This document shows, in pieces, positions 19,115 through 28,135 of a stretch of 60,674 nucleotides of DNA. The DNA comes from Candidatus Parvarchaeota archaeon (lineage in GTDB: Archaea > Nanobdellota > Nanobdellia > Parvarchaeales > Parvarchaeaceae). A program made the translations under genes and the position numbers. A model generated the notes under the pieces. The model saw only the letters and a list, made by a program, of their open reading frames with translations, searched no databases and had not been told where the DNA came from. The number at the start of each line of letters is the position of its first letter. Positions within the stretch are counted from its first letter, which is position 1. The stretch is taken from NCBI GenBank assembly GCA_023269965.1, contig JAGDXU010000003.1, forward strand, positions 1 to 60,674, given 5' to 3'.

Positions 19115-19542
19115 ACGATCTTAAAAGCCACCTTCGCTACATTTGGAAACCTTATTGATATCTCCCTTGGTATAGGCCCCTTTATCGTTGTGCCCAAAGG
19201 CTCATACTTGTCTGTTTCCTTCACAAGCACACATGCATTGTCTTCGAATGACAGCCTGAGGCCATTTAGCCTTCTGAACACCTTCTTCTGCCTTATTATG
19301 ACAGCTGGGAAAGTCTTATGGATCACATCTTGGTTTCCCTTCTTAACTACTATGAAAACAGTGTCACCAACACCACATCTGGGCTGCCTGCCTTTCACTC
19401 CGTGATACCCTCTGACGTTTATCACCTTAGCTATCTTAGCTCCGGAGTTGTCAGCCACCGATATGTAGCTTCCGACGTTTATGGGCTTGGATATCGCAGC
19501 CTTCATCGGCTTCAACCCTCCACCCTTCCTTCCTGTTCCCAT
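19111..19542 (-). CDS. rpl14: Ribosomal protein uL14
   Basis: VADNSGAKIAKVINV and the C-terminal pattern are typical of L14. Confidence 0.92.
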   Translation of the reverse strand: MGTGRKGGGLKPMKAAISKPINVGSYISVADNSGAKIAKVINVRGYHGVKGRQPRCGVGDTVFIVVKKGNQDVIHKTFPAVIIRQKKVFRRLNGLRLSFEDNACVLVKETDKYEPLGTTIKGPIPREISIRFPNVAKVAFKIV

Positions 19543-19543
19543 C

Positions 19544-19855
19544 TTATAATTTCCTCACTATCACGAATTTTTTCCACCTGCTGAGCGGCCTGGTCTCATA
19601 TATGACCACTCTATCATTTACCTTAGCTGATATGCAGTCCGGGTTATGCGCAAGCACCCTCGTCTTCTTTTCCCTGTAAACATCATATTTCTTCAGTCTT
19701 TCAAAGTTGATCCACTGGATGACTGCTGTCCTCTTGGATTTTGCCGAGACTACCACCCCCTCAAACCTGCTTCCATGCACCTTCAAGGTGCCATGATATG
19801 GGCAGTTCTTATCCTTACATTCTACATCTGGTTTAACCAGGTCATCGTATCGCAT
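19544..19855 (-). CDS. rps17: Ribosomal protein uS17
   Basis: It is 103 aa with CPYHGTLKVHGSRFEGVVVSAKSKRTAVI and lies upstream of uL14. Confidence 0.9.
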   Translation of the reverse strand: MRYDDLVKPDVECKDKNCPYHGTLKVHGSRFEGVVVSAKSKRTAVIQWINFERLKKYDVYREKKTRVLAHNPDCISAKVNDRVVIYETRPLSRWKKFVIVRKL

Positions 19856-20054
19856 ATTCCCACGGCCTCAAGTTTAATTCATCACCTCGGATTCTAATCT
19901 CTTTACCATTTAAGTATATAATGATTTTCCTACCTGCTTTTATAATCCTCTTCCTCCCTTTTTCCGTCTCCAACAGGAGAGTATTCTTAGTTTCATCTAC
20001 TACTTTCCCATTAATATTCAAATCCTCTATATATACATTTTTTCCGATTAACAT
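19842..20054 (-). CDS. rnp1: RNase P protein component 1 (Rpp29/Pop4), unusually short
   Basis: GKNVYIEDLNINGKVVDETKNTLLLET is the Rpp29 Sm-like core. It occupies the conserved position upstream of uS17. It is only 70 aa. Confidence 0.8.
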   Translation of the reverse strand: MLIGKNVYIEDLNINGKVVDETKNTLLLETEKGRKRIIKAGRKIIIYLNGKEIRIRGDELNLRPWEYAIR

Positions 20055-20139
20055 TAGACTTAGAGAGAAATTTCTAATTAAAATACTTTTAAAATTCTTA
20101 TAATTTTACATTTAAATCTATGAAGTCATTACTAATGAT

Positions 20140-20496
20140 ATGGATGATCTATTGCGGCTGGTATATGGGACACACCCAAAATCTGTGCGGCTTTATCCGG
20201 AGGCAAGAAAGGTGATAGACTATCTGCGGGAGAAAGGGTCTGTCAAGAGAGACGAATTGGCCAGTCTCCTCGGAACCGACTTAAATTCTTCGGCTGGAAA
20301 AAAGCACTTCTACACGATAGTATCGCCGATGTTTGACAAGATACTCGTATCAGAGAGAAATGGAAAGGAGGTCTACTACCATCTATCTTATGATCTCTTC
20401 AGGGTATACATAGACGGGATAAGAAGAAAATCGAAATATTATCTATTATCAAACCCGGAAAAAGAGAGCGATGAAAGTGAGGAGCATGAGCAGTAA
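20140..20496 (+). CDS. Hypothetical protein, probable winged-helix DNA-binding domain with an acidic tail
   Basis: ARKVIDYLREKGSVKRDELASLLG resembles a wHTH recognition region. Length is 118 aa. Confidence 0.5.
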   Translation: MDDLLRLVYGTHPKSVRLYPEARKVIDYLREKGSVKRDELASLLGTDLNSSAGKKHFYTIVSPMFDKILVSERNGKEVYYHLSYDLFRVYIDGIRRKSKYYLLSNPEKESDESEEHEQ

Positions 20497-21013
20497 GGGA
20501 GTGTCGTATTACACGGGCAGAGGAGACAAAGGATACTCATACACTTTAAAAAACAAGGTCAGCAAAGATTCAGATTTGATCCAGGCTGCAGGGGATGTAG
20601 ATGAATTGCAAGCTTTCCTCGGCTACGCTTGGGGGAAAACAAAGGACAAGAGGATCAGAACTATCATCGAACAGATAGTATATGACCTGTACCTGCTGAA
20701 CGCTGTAATCGCAGGCTTTGAAGGCAACGTATTCTCAGAGGGAAAAACGAAAGACCTTGAAAGGCTGATAGATCTTTACGCTAAGAAGATAAAGCCTATC
20801 AAAAGCTTTGTTTATCCATTTGGGACGGAAGCGGCCATCTTGATCAACATTTGCAGGACTTTAGCAAGGAAAGCTGAGAGATCGATTGTAAAGGTCACCA
20901 AAGACGGAGACATTTTAAGCTACATGAACAGACTGTCTTCCCTGCTCTATGTACTTTATAGATATGAGAACGAGAGAAACGGCTTCAAGGACAAAACTTT
21001 AAGGATCAAATAA
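20471..21013 (+). CDS. PduO-type ATP:cob(I)alamin adenosyltransferase family protein
   Basis: The N-terminal YTGRGDKGYS motif (compare TRTGDKGTT) is followed by a helical bundle of about 170 aa. The likely start is the Met at 20486. Confidence 0.7.
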   Translation: MKVRSMSSKGVSYYTGRGDKGYSYTLKNKVSKDSDLIQAAGDVDELQAFLGYAWGKTKDKRIRTIIEQIVYDLYLLNAVIAGFEGNVFSEGKTKDLERLIDLYAKKIKPIKSFVYPFGTEAAILINICRTLARKAERSIVKVTKDGDILSYMNRLSSLLYVLYRYENERNGFKDKTLRIK

Positions 21014-21521
21014 CCAAAGCAAGCGTCTTAAACCCTAGCTTCTTCCTTATCTTATCTGCAGCCTCTTTGGCTTCGTTGATGTGGTCATCGTTCACATATA
21101 TCTCAAATATTCTGTCCCCTGCGGAGACCTGACTAGCTAAGCCTATTGGCTTCCCAAATGATTTCTGCATACCTGCCGAGAACCTATCTGCGCCTGCACC
21201 TGTGGCAAGTTTATGCTCTCTTAGTATATGGTGAGGTATGCTTATGAGCTGTATGTGAAAATTTTCTTCGCCTATTGTATCAGTAAGATATTTGTTAGCG
21301 ACTATCCTTGCAGCCTCAAGCGCATTGTCTCTAACCTGAAGACTGGACTTAGAGATTATCTCCACTCTCCTGCTGAATGAATTGTGCATGTTCCCGGAGT
21401 GAAACTGCGTTATCTTGGTGTGCAACGCGAATTTAGTATAATTTTTCTCCTTGAACTTAGACTTGCGAGTGTAAGGCAGCTTCAATGTTTTGTAAGCTCT
21501 TCCAGGTCTTAGTTTGGACAT
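21006..21521 (-). CDS. rpl10e: Ribosomal protein uL16 (L10e)
   Basis: The N-terminus MSKLRPGRAYKTLKLPYTRKSKF is typical of archaeal L10e. Length is 171 aa. Confidence 0.9.
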   Translation of the reverse strand: MSKLRPGRAYKTLKLPYTRKSKFKEKNYTKFALHTKITQFHSGNMHNSFSRRVEIISKSSLQVRDNALEAARIVANKYLTDTIGEENFHIQLISIPHHILREHKLATGAGADRFSAGMQKSFGKPIGLASQVSAGDRIFEIYVNDDHINEAKEAADKIRKKLGFKTLALVI

Positions 21522-21580
21522 ATTCTCCTCAAAATTATATCCCTATTGACAATTCAGGTTTATATACTTTTTCGCCAAAA

Positions 21581-21663
21581 CGTCGGGAGTGGGATTCGAA
21601 CCCACGCAGGCTTTCGCCAACACGCTTAGCAGGCGTGCCTCGTAACCACTTGAGTATCCCGAC
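21581..21663 (-). tRNA. tRNA-Ser (anticodon GCT), no encoded CCA
   Basis: The hand-folded minus strand reads GTCGGGA-TA-CTCAAGTGGTTACGAG-G-CACGC-CTGCTAA-GCGTG-TTGGCGAAAGCCTGC-GTGGG-TTCGAAT-CCCAC-TCCCGAC-G. The long variable arm fits Ser. Confidence 0.9.
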
Positions 21664-21769
21664 TCACAAGAGATTAGAGTGCTCAAGCTATTTTAACTTA
21701 TTTGCTACATTTCTAGCTTGTAAAAGCGGCCAAATCTGATAAGTTAGAAGAATCACTATAAAAGAGGAA

Positions 21770-22037
21770 GGTAGGCTGCTCTGCTTTGAATTAACTACCC
21801 ATATAGAGGGTGGTAACATTTTCTCCATGCGATTTGTCTATAAGCTTGCACCCACTCAATTACAGTTGCTCCCTTCCGGGCCTGGCTGGGTTTTTAAGCG
21901 AATGCCCCCTATAGGACCGCACTTCGCAGATAGCTTTACCATCTTGTATGGGGTCATTAACCCTAGGCAGAGCTTTTACCCGCGCCTGAAGTCCATTTGC
22001 GCTCACAAGGAGGGACTAATTCCCCGGTTAGCCTACC
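21770..22037 (-). ncRNA. Signal recognition particle RNA (7S/SRP RNA)
   Basis: The minus strand contains CCAGCCAGGCCCGGAAGGGAGCAAC, the conserved SRP helix-8 region. The 5' GGTAGGCT (22037-22030) pairs with the 3' AGCCTACC (21777-21770) to close the molecule. The ends are approximate. Confidence 0.75.
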
Positions 22038-22160
22038 AATAGTTAACTTATTCAACTTCGGATAAATAGTTTATAGTTAACAATTTTGTTAACGATATGA
22101 TATTTTTATACATAATAGACTATGGTAAAGCGGCGATGTGCTTGTTGGTCCCTCTTAAAC

Positions 22161-23039
22161 TCACAAGAAGAAGAGCAGAAGGATTGAAGATATAACGGTG
22201 AAAACGCCGATTATTTGGGTGAACTTCAGACGCTCCTTCAAGAAAATGAATGAAAGAATTACAAGGGCTGGCAGGCTTATCTCCGATATCAGCGGCGAAT
22301 AGGCTGAATTGAAGATATACGCTAAGGAGAAAAGGACTGTACCAAATCCATTGAAGAAGCCCGCAAAAGCAACGGGTATTATTATGTCCTTAGACAGAAA
22401 GTAACGCGCAACATCTCTCCCTCTTGTCCTCAGGACGATAGAAAACAAAACCGAGAAAATAGCGGTGAATATAGAAAGCCACGAATAGTATATCAGTGGA
22501 GACAGACCTGATGGAATTGTGGAATAGAAGATGAGCCACATTATGACCCATAATATATTTGCTACAAGCGCAAAAAATACATACTTGGAGACTTTCATTC
22601 CTTTTACATTGCTGACTGAAAGAAGAACTACGCCAGCAAACATCACTATTGATGCAACAGAATCAACTGTGATTACGGAGTGCAAAAACAGGAGCGCAGA
22701 CAAGAACGAGAGCAATATAAACTGGGAGCCATTCACGGTTCCAACCAATGCTACCTTCTCGCGCTCTATGCTGAAAAAGAAGAAGTAGGCTGCCAAGCAG
22801 TATATGAAGCCGACTAAAGCTGCGTAAAGAGTCATGTCATAGCTCATGTATAGGCTTCGGGTTATTGACAATGTAGTTGCAACTGAGAATATAGATGAGA
22901 ACGCAAGATAGATCGGTAGAAAGGATTTATATGATATCCTTTTCCCTTTTCTACTCAAAGCCACCTTCGAAACTACGCTTATCAGTGCAAAAGAAGCTGT
23001 AGCAAGCGTTATAACGATCCAATAGATAGCAGAGAACAT
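22161..23039 (-). CDS. DMT/EamA-like transporter
   Basis: It is 292 aa with about 10 TM segments in a 5+5 arrangement. Confidence 0.55.
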   Translation of the reverse strand: MFSAIYWIVITLATASFALISVVSKVALSRKGKRISYKSFLPIYLAFSSIFSVATTLSITRSLYMSYDMTLYAALVGFIYCLAAYFFFFSIEREKVALVGTVNGSQFILLSFLSALLFLHSVITVDSVASIVMFAGVVLLSVSNVKGMKVSKYVFFALVANILWVIMWLIFYSTIPSGLSPLIYYSWLSIFTAIFSVLFSIVLRTRGRDVARYFLSKDIIIPVAFAGFFNGFGTVLFSLAYIFNSAYSPLISEISLPALVILSFIFLKERLKFTQIIGVFTVISSILLLFFL

Positions 23040-23068
23040 ATTGATTCAATCAAGAGGGGATGAACTGA

Positions 23069-23257
23069 TTAAATCTCCTTCAGATCTTTCATTAACCTCT
23101 CTTTTACATATGCCGTAACATTAATCAAACTGAAGAATTTCGCAATCTCGTAAGCAGTGTACAACCTGTCCTTCACGACTTTCTGCCGGTCTTTCTCCCT
23201 TTCTTTCGGGTATTTGGTGTAGCTGTGCACACAGAGAATAACGGCTTTTGGTGACAT
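23069..23257 (-). CDS. Small hypothetical protein (uncertain)
   Basis: This 62 aa ORF fills the gap between the EamA-like gene and the PRC-barrel gene. A competing overlapping ORF lies at 23121-23315. I recognise no family. Confidence 0.3.
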   Translation of the reverse strand: MSPKAVILCVHSYTKYPKEREKDRQKVVKDRLYTAYEIAKFFSLINVTAYVKERLMKDLKEI

Positions 23258-23308
23258 ATAGAAAATAGAATAAATAAGTATTTAAATATATAGACATTAA
23301 CTTAGAAT

Positions 23309-23590
23309 ATGGCATTAAAATTGAAAAGCGTTTCGAACACCTACGGGCTAAAGGTTTACACGGACTCTGGGTCCTTTTTTGGCGAAATAGATGAGGCTAT
23401 AATACAAGAGAATAGAATCGTCGGTTGGAGAATAAAGGCTAGCCCTTCATCGCACCTATCTAAGATGATAAGCGGCGCAAGAGGAGCTATAATTCAGCAT
23501 AATTTGGTTAGAGCAATAGACGATATCTTCATAATATCTAGTATAGTCACATCACCTTCGGAAGAAGCCAAAGAAGAAAAGACACAATGA
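23309..23590 (+). CDS. PRC-barrel domain protein
   Basis: GLKVYTDSGSFFGEIDEAIIQENRIVGWRI follows the PRC-barrel pattern. Length is 93 aa. Confidence 0.55.
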   Translation: MALKLKSVSNTYGLKVYTDSGSFFGEIDEAIIQENRIVGWRIKASPSSHLSKMISGARGAIIQHNLVRAIDDIFIISSIVTSPSEEAKEEKTQ

Positions 23591-23685
23591 AGTTTAAACG
23601 CGTTTTTTGATGCACCCTGTGAAAATGCATCGCAAGCATAGTAGTATATATATTCTTAGAAACACATATTATTTTTGCTGAGGAT

Positions 23686-25641
23686 ATGGAGAATAAAAAT
23701 TTGAAAAAACTAGAGCATAAAGCAAGTGAGAAGATTTTCAGTATAGACTTCGATACAACTGATGATATAAAGATATCAAACAAGATGATAGACCAGGTTA
23801 TAGGTCAGGATAAAGCCACTGAAATAATCAAAAAAGCAGCTATACAGAGAAGAAATGTGCTCTTAGTAGGTTCACCGGGAACGGGAAAGAGCATGCTTGG
23901 CCAGGCGCTGTCTGAGCTTCTACCTGCTGAAAAACTTCAAGATATTGTGACGCTGCCTAATCCAAAGGATGAGAACAACCCATTAATTAAGGTGTTCCCA
24001 GCTGGAGAAGGCAAAAAGTTTGTTGCACAGGCAAAGATGAAGAGCATGACCGGGATGAACAACGGCAACAGTATGACTATATTTCTTGGTGTATTGGTTG
24101 TGTTCTTTGTGGCTAGTTATATTGTCAGCATGATCGTCAGCACGCAGAAAAATGATATTCTTGCAGCCGCAGATCAAATATCAGGGACACTCTTCATAAT
24201 AACAATACTTATAGGTTTTCTGTTCGTGATATTGATGACGAGGTTAAGCAGGGTTAGGATAGCTCCTTTGACTCCAAAACTTCTGCTTGACAACTCTGGT
24301 GCAAAAACAGCCCCATTTGTGGACGCAACTGGGGCACATGAGGGGGCTCTGCTAGGAGACGTACTGCATGACCCATTCCAAAGCGGCGGCCTTGGAACAC
24401 CGCCACATGAGAGGGTTGTTTTAGGTGATATACATAAGGCAAACGGTGGTGTTCTTTTCATAGACGAAATAGCTGATATGACACCGGAGATGCAGATACA
24501 GCTTCTTACTGCCATGCAAGAGAAGAAGTCCGCTATAACTGGCAGGAGCGAAAGAAGCGCTGGGGCGATGGTAAAGACCGAGCCGGTTCCATGCGATTTT
24601 ATATTAGTAGGGGCCGGTAATCCTGAATCTATAATGAAGATGAGCCCCGCTTTAAGGTCTAGGATAAGAGGCTACGGTTATGAGGTATATATGGAAGACA
24701 ATATGCCTGACACTGTAGAGAATAGAAACAAGATAGCGATATTTGTAGCACAGGAAGTGAAGAAAGATGGAAAGATACCACCTTTCTCTAGAGAGGCTGT
24801 TGCCGAGATCGTAAAAGAAGCAAAAAGACGGGCTGACAAGAAAAATTCACTCACACTCAAGCTGAGAGAGCTTGGAGGCATAGTCAGGGTGGCCGGTGAC
24901 ATGAGCAGGGAAAAAGGCAAGAAGATAGTTGAAGCATCAGATGTGATAAACGCAAAAGAATATGCAGGGTCATTTGAACAGCAAGTTGCATCAAGGTTCA
25001 TAAAAGAAAAGAAGGAGTACGAGGTCATACAGGTGTCTGGATCGCATGTCGGCAAGGTCAATGGACTAGCCGTGATAGAGAACTCTGATTCAGGGCTTAT
25101 GCTGCCTATAGAAGCTATAGTGACCAAAAGCATGAGAAAAGGCGGTGGGGAGATAATAGCCACCGGAAAACTAGGCGAGATCGCTCAGGAGGCTGTGAAG
25201 AATGTCGGTGCAATAATAAAGTTGTACTCAAAGCAGCAGTTAAGCGACTATGATATCCACATACAATTCTTACAGGCTTATTCTGGGGTGGAGGGTGATA
25301 GTGCCAGCATAAGCGTAGCCACTGCCATACTTTCAGCGATAACTGGGATACCAGTGAAACAGTCTATTGCGATGACTGGCTCATTGTCAATACTTGGAGA
25401 GGTACTTCCAGTAGGCGGGATAACATCTAAAGTCGAGGCGGCTGTAAATGCTGGGATAAAAGAGGTTATAATCCCAGCTTCTAACTTCGGCGACTTGGTC
25501 CTACCAAACAACGCTAATATCAAAATCATACCGGTCAGCACACTTAGCGAGGTGATAGACCACGCAATGGAAAATGGGAAAGAGAAGACCAAGCTTATCA
25601 AAACTATAAAGGGCGCATTCAAGAAGAAGCCAGCGGTATAG
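23686..25641 (+). CDS. lon: Archaeal membrane-bound Lon protease (LonB)
   Basis: Walker A is GSPGTGKS. Two TM helices are inserted before Walker B (VLFIDEI). The C-terminal protease domain has catalytic Ser in [18 protein letters not shown]. Confidence 0.92.
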   Translation: MENKNLKKLEHKASEKIFSIDFDTTDDIKISNKMIDQVIGQDKATEIIKKAAIQRRNVLLVGSPGTGKSMLGQALSELLPAEKLQDIVTLPNPKDENNPLIKVFPAGEGKKFVAQAKMKSMTGMNNGNSMTIFLGVLVVFFVASYIVSMIVSTQKNDILAAADQISGTLFIITILIGFLFVILMTRLSRVRIAPLTPKLLLDNSGAKTAPFVDATGAHEGALLGDVLHDPFQSGGLGTPPHERVVLGDIHKANGGVLFIDEIADMTPEMQIQLLTAMQEKKSAITGRSERSAGAMVKTEPVPCDFILVGAGNPESIMKMSPALRSRIRGYGYEVYMEDNMPDTVENRNKIAIFVAQEVKKDGKIPPFSREAVAEIVKEAKRRADKKNSLTLKLRELGGIVRVAGDMSREKGKKIVEASDVINAKEYAGSFEQQVASRFIKEKKEYEVIQVSGSHVGKVNGLAVIENSDSGLMLPIEAIVTKSMRKGGGEIIATGKLGEIAQEAVKNVGAIIKLYSKQQLSDYDIHIQFLQAYSGVEGDSASISVATAILSAITGIPVKQSIAMTGSLSILGEVLPVGGITSKVEAAVNAGIKEVIIPASNFGDLVLPNNANIKIIPVSTLSEVIDHAMENGKEKTKLIKTIKGAFKKKPAV

Positions 25642-25656
25642 AGACAACAAATTTGA

Positions 25657-26349
25657 ATGGAAAAGAAGACTTATCTAAAGGTATTTGACCTAAAGACATT
25701 AGAAGCTCTGAGCAAACTAGAAGGAGACGGTTACATATCCAATCTTACCGGGCCTTTAAGCACGGGCAAAGAGTCTTATGTTTTCAAGAGCGTAGACTCC
25801 AATGGAAGAGAAGTCGCAGTGAAGATTCATAGGCATGACATAAACGCATTCAAGAAGATACCTACTTATCTTGTCCTCCGAGGCAGCAAATCCGGGGGCT
25901 TCATAAGGAGGATAAACACCTGGACCAGGTATGAATTTAATTTCCTCTCGAAAGCATTCAACATAGGGATAAGAGTGCCGGAGCCATTCAGGGTCTATGA
26001 GAATGTGCTTACCATGCAATTCATCGGCGAAGGAGAAACAAACGCTCCTCTTGCGGTGAAAGCAGATGATTTTGATCGAAGCCGGTGGTATGATGAGATA
26101 GTGGGCAGCATAGTTAATATGGGAAAAGCAGGCTTCATACACGGCGATTTGAGTCCCTATAATATAATGAACTTCAAGGGTGATCCTTATCTGATTGACT
26201 TTTCGCAGGCTTTGAAATTGTCACCTTCGACCCTTGATTATCTCAAGAGAGACATAGACAATATAAACAGCTGGTTCATAAGGCTCGGCTTCAGTGGGAC
26301 ATTAAGAAGCCAAGAGATTGTTAAGATGATAAACAAATCATATGAATAA
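25657..26349 (+). CDS. RIO-type serine protein kinase
   Basis: It carries STGKESYVFKS, VAVKIHR, HGDLSPYNIM and IDFSQA motifs. Confidence 0.88.
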   Translation: MEKKTYLKVFDLKTLEALSKLEGDGYISNLTGPLSTGKESYVFKSVDSNGREVAVKIHRHDINAFKKIPTYLVLRGSKSGGFIRRINTWTRYEFNFLSKAFNIGIRVPEPFRVYENVLTMQFIGEGETNAPLAVKADDFDRSRWYDEIVGSIVNMGKAGFIHGDLSPYNIMNFKGDPYLIDFSQALKLSPSTLDYLKRDIDNINSWFIRLGFSGTLRSQEIVKMINKSYE

Positions 26350-26656
26350 TGATACTAGGATAAAGATACTGAAAGCCCTCAGAGAGATACCTCACGGGAA
26401 AGTGACAACCTACAAAGCACTGGCAAAGAGATTTGATGTGACACCCAGGGAGATTGGGAGAGTCTTAAGTACAAATGACAGGCCAGAATATTATCCATGT
26501 TACAAAGTTGTAAAATCAAACAGGGAGGTAGGCGGATACACTATAGGCAATAAAAACAATGAGAAAACTAAATCAGAGAAGATCAAAAGACTGAAATCTG
26601 ATGGGATAGAAGTGAGAAATGGGCGTGTACATAAATCTGCTGTATTAAAAATATAA
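26342..26656 (+). CDS. Stand-alone MGMT/alkyltransferase DNA-binding-domain protein with a variant active-site motif
   Basis: IPHGKVTTYKALAKRF...YPCYKVVKSNREVGGY aligns to the Ogt C-terminal domain. It has PCYK in place of the canonical PCHR. Length is 104 aa, and the start overlaps the RIO kinase stop. Confidence 0.7.
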   Translation: MNNDTRIKILKALREIPHGKVTTYKALAKRFDVTPREIGRVLSTNDRPEYYPCYKVVKSNREVGGYTIGNKNNEKTKSEKIKRLKSDGIEVRNGRVHKSAVLKI

Positions 26657-26672
26657 AAAATTAAACAAAAAT

Positions 26673-27434
26673 TCAGTCAAGCCTGTAGATGAGCTCATTC
26701 TTTAAACGGTTGCCTTCCTTCCTAAATACGCCAACAGCATAATACGAGTCTATCTTACTTTTCTCCTCTTTGTCTTCCACCAAATCAGTCAGATTCTTCA
26801 TGCGCGCTTTTGAAATAGCTGTCAAGAGCAGCCACGATCCACTTTCTATCTTATCATTTTCCAGTATGTGTGATGATATGTAACTGGCTGATTCAATTTT
26901 GTAGTCAAACAAATTAGAGAGGTATATAAAGTACTTGTCTTTTGATTCCAGCCTATCTAGAAATTTGAATATATCTTCCCTGTGAAAGGTTATGCTGAGA
27001 TCATCTGAAAATTCTGGTTTAGACAGGTTGGTTTCTACGAATCCTTTGTAGAACTTCTCATTTCTGTTATGTGCTATATTTATAACATCGAAGTATTCCC
27101 CGTATTCAAAATCTAGATTTTCTCTGTATCCTTTTTTATCTGTGTTATTGAAACAGTACATTAGCTCAATCGCTTGGAATATCGCGCTTGGATTGGTGTC
27201 AACCAGGTCTATAGCAGCAAGCTTGTTATTCTTCTGAAGCTTGGATAATATGTAAAGGTTTGCTGTAAACCCGCCGGATATCCCTACATACCTGCCCAAA
27301 CCGCTTATGCCTTTAAGCTTTTCCTCTGCTGGCGTGATATCCTCATTAGATGTGTGGTAGACTACATTTACACCCATATCTTTATCCAGTATGCTTGCCA
27401 ATCCTGGACTCATGTTGTAAGTTATCTTGCTCAT
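26673..27434 (-). CDS. Hypothetical protein (weak Rossmann/methyltransferase-like motifs)
   Basis: This is a 253 aa ORF. YVGISGGF...AAIDLVD...IYLSNLF is only loosely reminiscent of class I methyltransferase motifs. Confidence 0.5.
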   Translation of the reverse strand: MSKITYNMSPGLASILDKDMGVNVVYHTSNEDITPAEEKLKGISGLGRYVGISGGFTANLYILSKLQKNNKLAAIDLVDTNPSAIFQAIELMYCFNNTDKKGYRENLDFEYGEYFDVINIAHNRNEKFYKGFVETNLSKPEFSDDLSITFHREDIFKFLDRLESKDKYFIYLSNLFDYKIESASYISSHILENDKIESGSWLLLTAISKARMKNLTDLVEDKEEKSKIDSYYAVGVFRKEGNRLKNELIYRLD

Positions 27435-27473
27435 GAAATGTATGATGAATAAAACTGCTATTTAAACCTTACG

Positions 27474-27908
27474 CTAATCTAGTTTAACTTCTTCCCACTC
27501 TACTCTCTTGTTTTCTATCGCATCTTTTACAAATCTTTCGCTCTTGCTTAGACTTGAGCTTCCTGTCTTTATCTCTATGAATCTTACATTTACCTGTCCC
27601 TTGCCTTCCGAGACTCCCTTTGAAAGTCCGTCAAAAACTATGTAGTCTATTGGATTACCTATGAACCTGGCATCAGATATATCATTTATCTTGCTGTATA
27701 TAACTGGAAAAAGCTGCTCACTAAGTTTTCCCTTAACAACGTACCTCTGTCTCTGCAATGCCTCGTCTAATTCTTTTCTCATTTCTTTTTCCTTCCATGA
27801 CTCAAATAATTTTGAGGCAGCCCTGCGAAGTATATAAAAGAGGACTATAGACGCAAGAATTGAAGACACTATCACACCGATTATTAAACCAACATAAAAG
27901 GCTTCCAT
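27474..27908 (-). CDS. Membrane-anchored Holliday-junction-resolvase-like (PD-(D/E)xK) nuclease family protein
   Basis: It has an N-terminal TM helix, a coiled region, and a core IDYIVFDG...VRFIEIKTGSSSLSKSE. This resembles the predicted endonucleases distantly related to archaeal Hjc. Confidence 0.5.
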   Translation of the reverse strand: MEAFYVGLIIGVIVSSILASIVLFYILRRAASKLFESWKEKEMRKELDEALQRQRYVVKGKLSEQLFPVIYSKINDISDARFIGNPIDYIVFDGLSKGVSEGKGQVNVRFIEIKTGSSSLSKSERFVKDAIENKRVEWEEVKLD

Positions 27909-28049
27909 CAGATAAACGATACAGACATCAAATATATCTTTTAAGTTATATCCCAGGTTTTATCATGAGGTATTAAACGAGCTAAACAATGAAACGTCTA
28001 TAATGACATTTTAAGTTGGCTGAAAGCACACATTTAATTTGACAAAAAA

Positions 28050-28135
28050 TGTCGGGGATGGGATTTGAACCCATGACCTCCGCCTATCCCAGATCATCTC
28101 ATGAGGGCGGCGTACTACCGCTGTACTACCCCGAC
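28050..28135 (-). tRNA. tRNA with CAT anticodon (elongator Met or Ile2) carrying a ~14 nt intron, no encoded CCA
   Basis: The minus strand reads GTCGGGG-TA-GTACAGCGGTAGTAC-G-CCGCC-CTCATG[AGATGATCTGGGAT]A-GGCGG-AGGTC-ATGGG-TTCAAAT-CCCAT-CCCCGAC-A. The intron sits at the canonical 37/38 site. G1:C72 and the anticodon stem argue against an initiator. Confidence 0.85.

Noticed and set aside
14729-19897. Numerous 60-140 aa plus-strand ORFs across the ribosomal protein operon (for example 15760-16176, 17006-17398, 17772-18197, 19034-19405)
   Set aside because: All are antisense to highly conserved ribosomal protein genes. They have Ser/Leu/Pro/Phe-rich shadow-ORF composition.
21485-21739. An 84 aa plus-strand ORF
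   Set aside because: It overlaps the 5' end of the uL16 gene and runs through tRNA-Ser on the opposite strand. It is a translation artefact.
21827-22042. A 71 aa plus-strand ORF
   Set aside because: It lies entirely within the predicted SRP RNA on the opposite strand. Its sequence is the complement of the conserved helix-8 motif.
24174-25622. Antisense ORFs of 113-161 aa within the lon gene
   Set aside because: These are shadow ORFs opposite a confidently identified LonB.
27909-28049. Possible C/D box sRNA in the intergenic region upstream of the CAT tRNA
   Set aside because: I found only loose TGATG and CTGA matches, with no proper C/D/C'/D' spacing or terminal stem.
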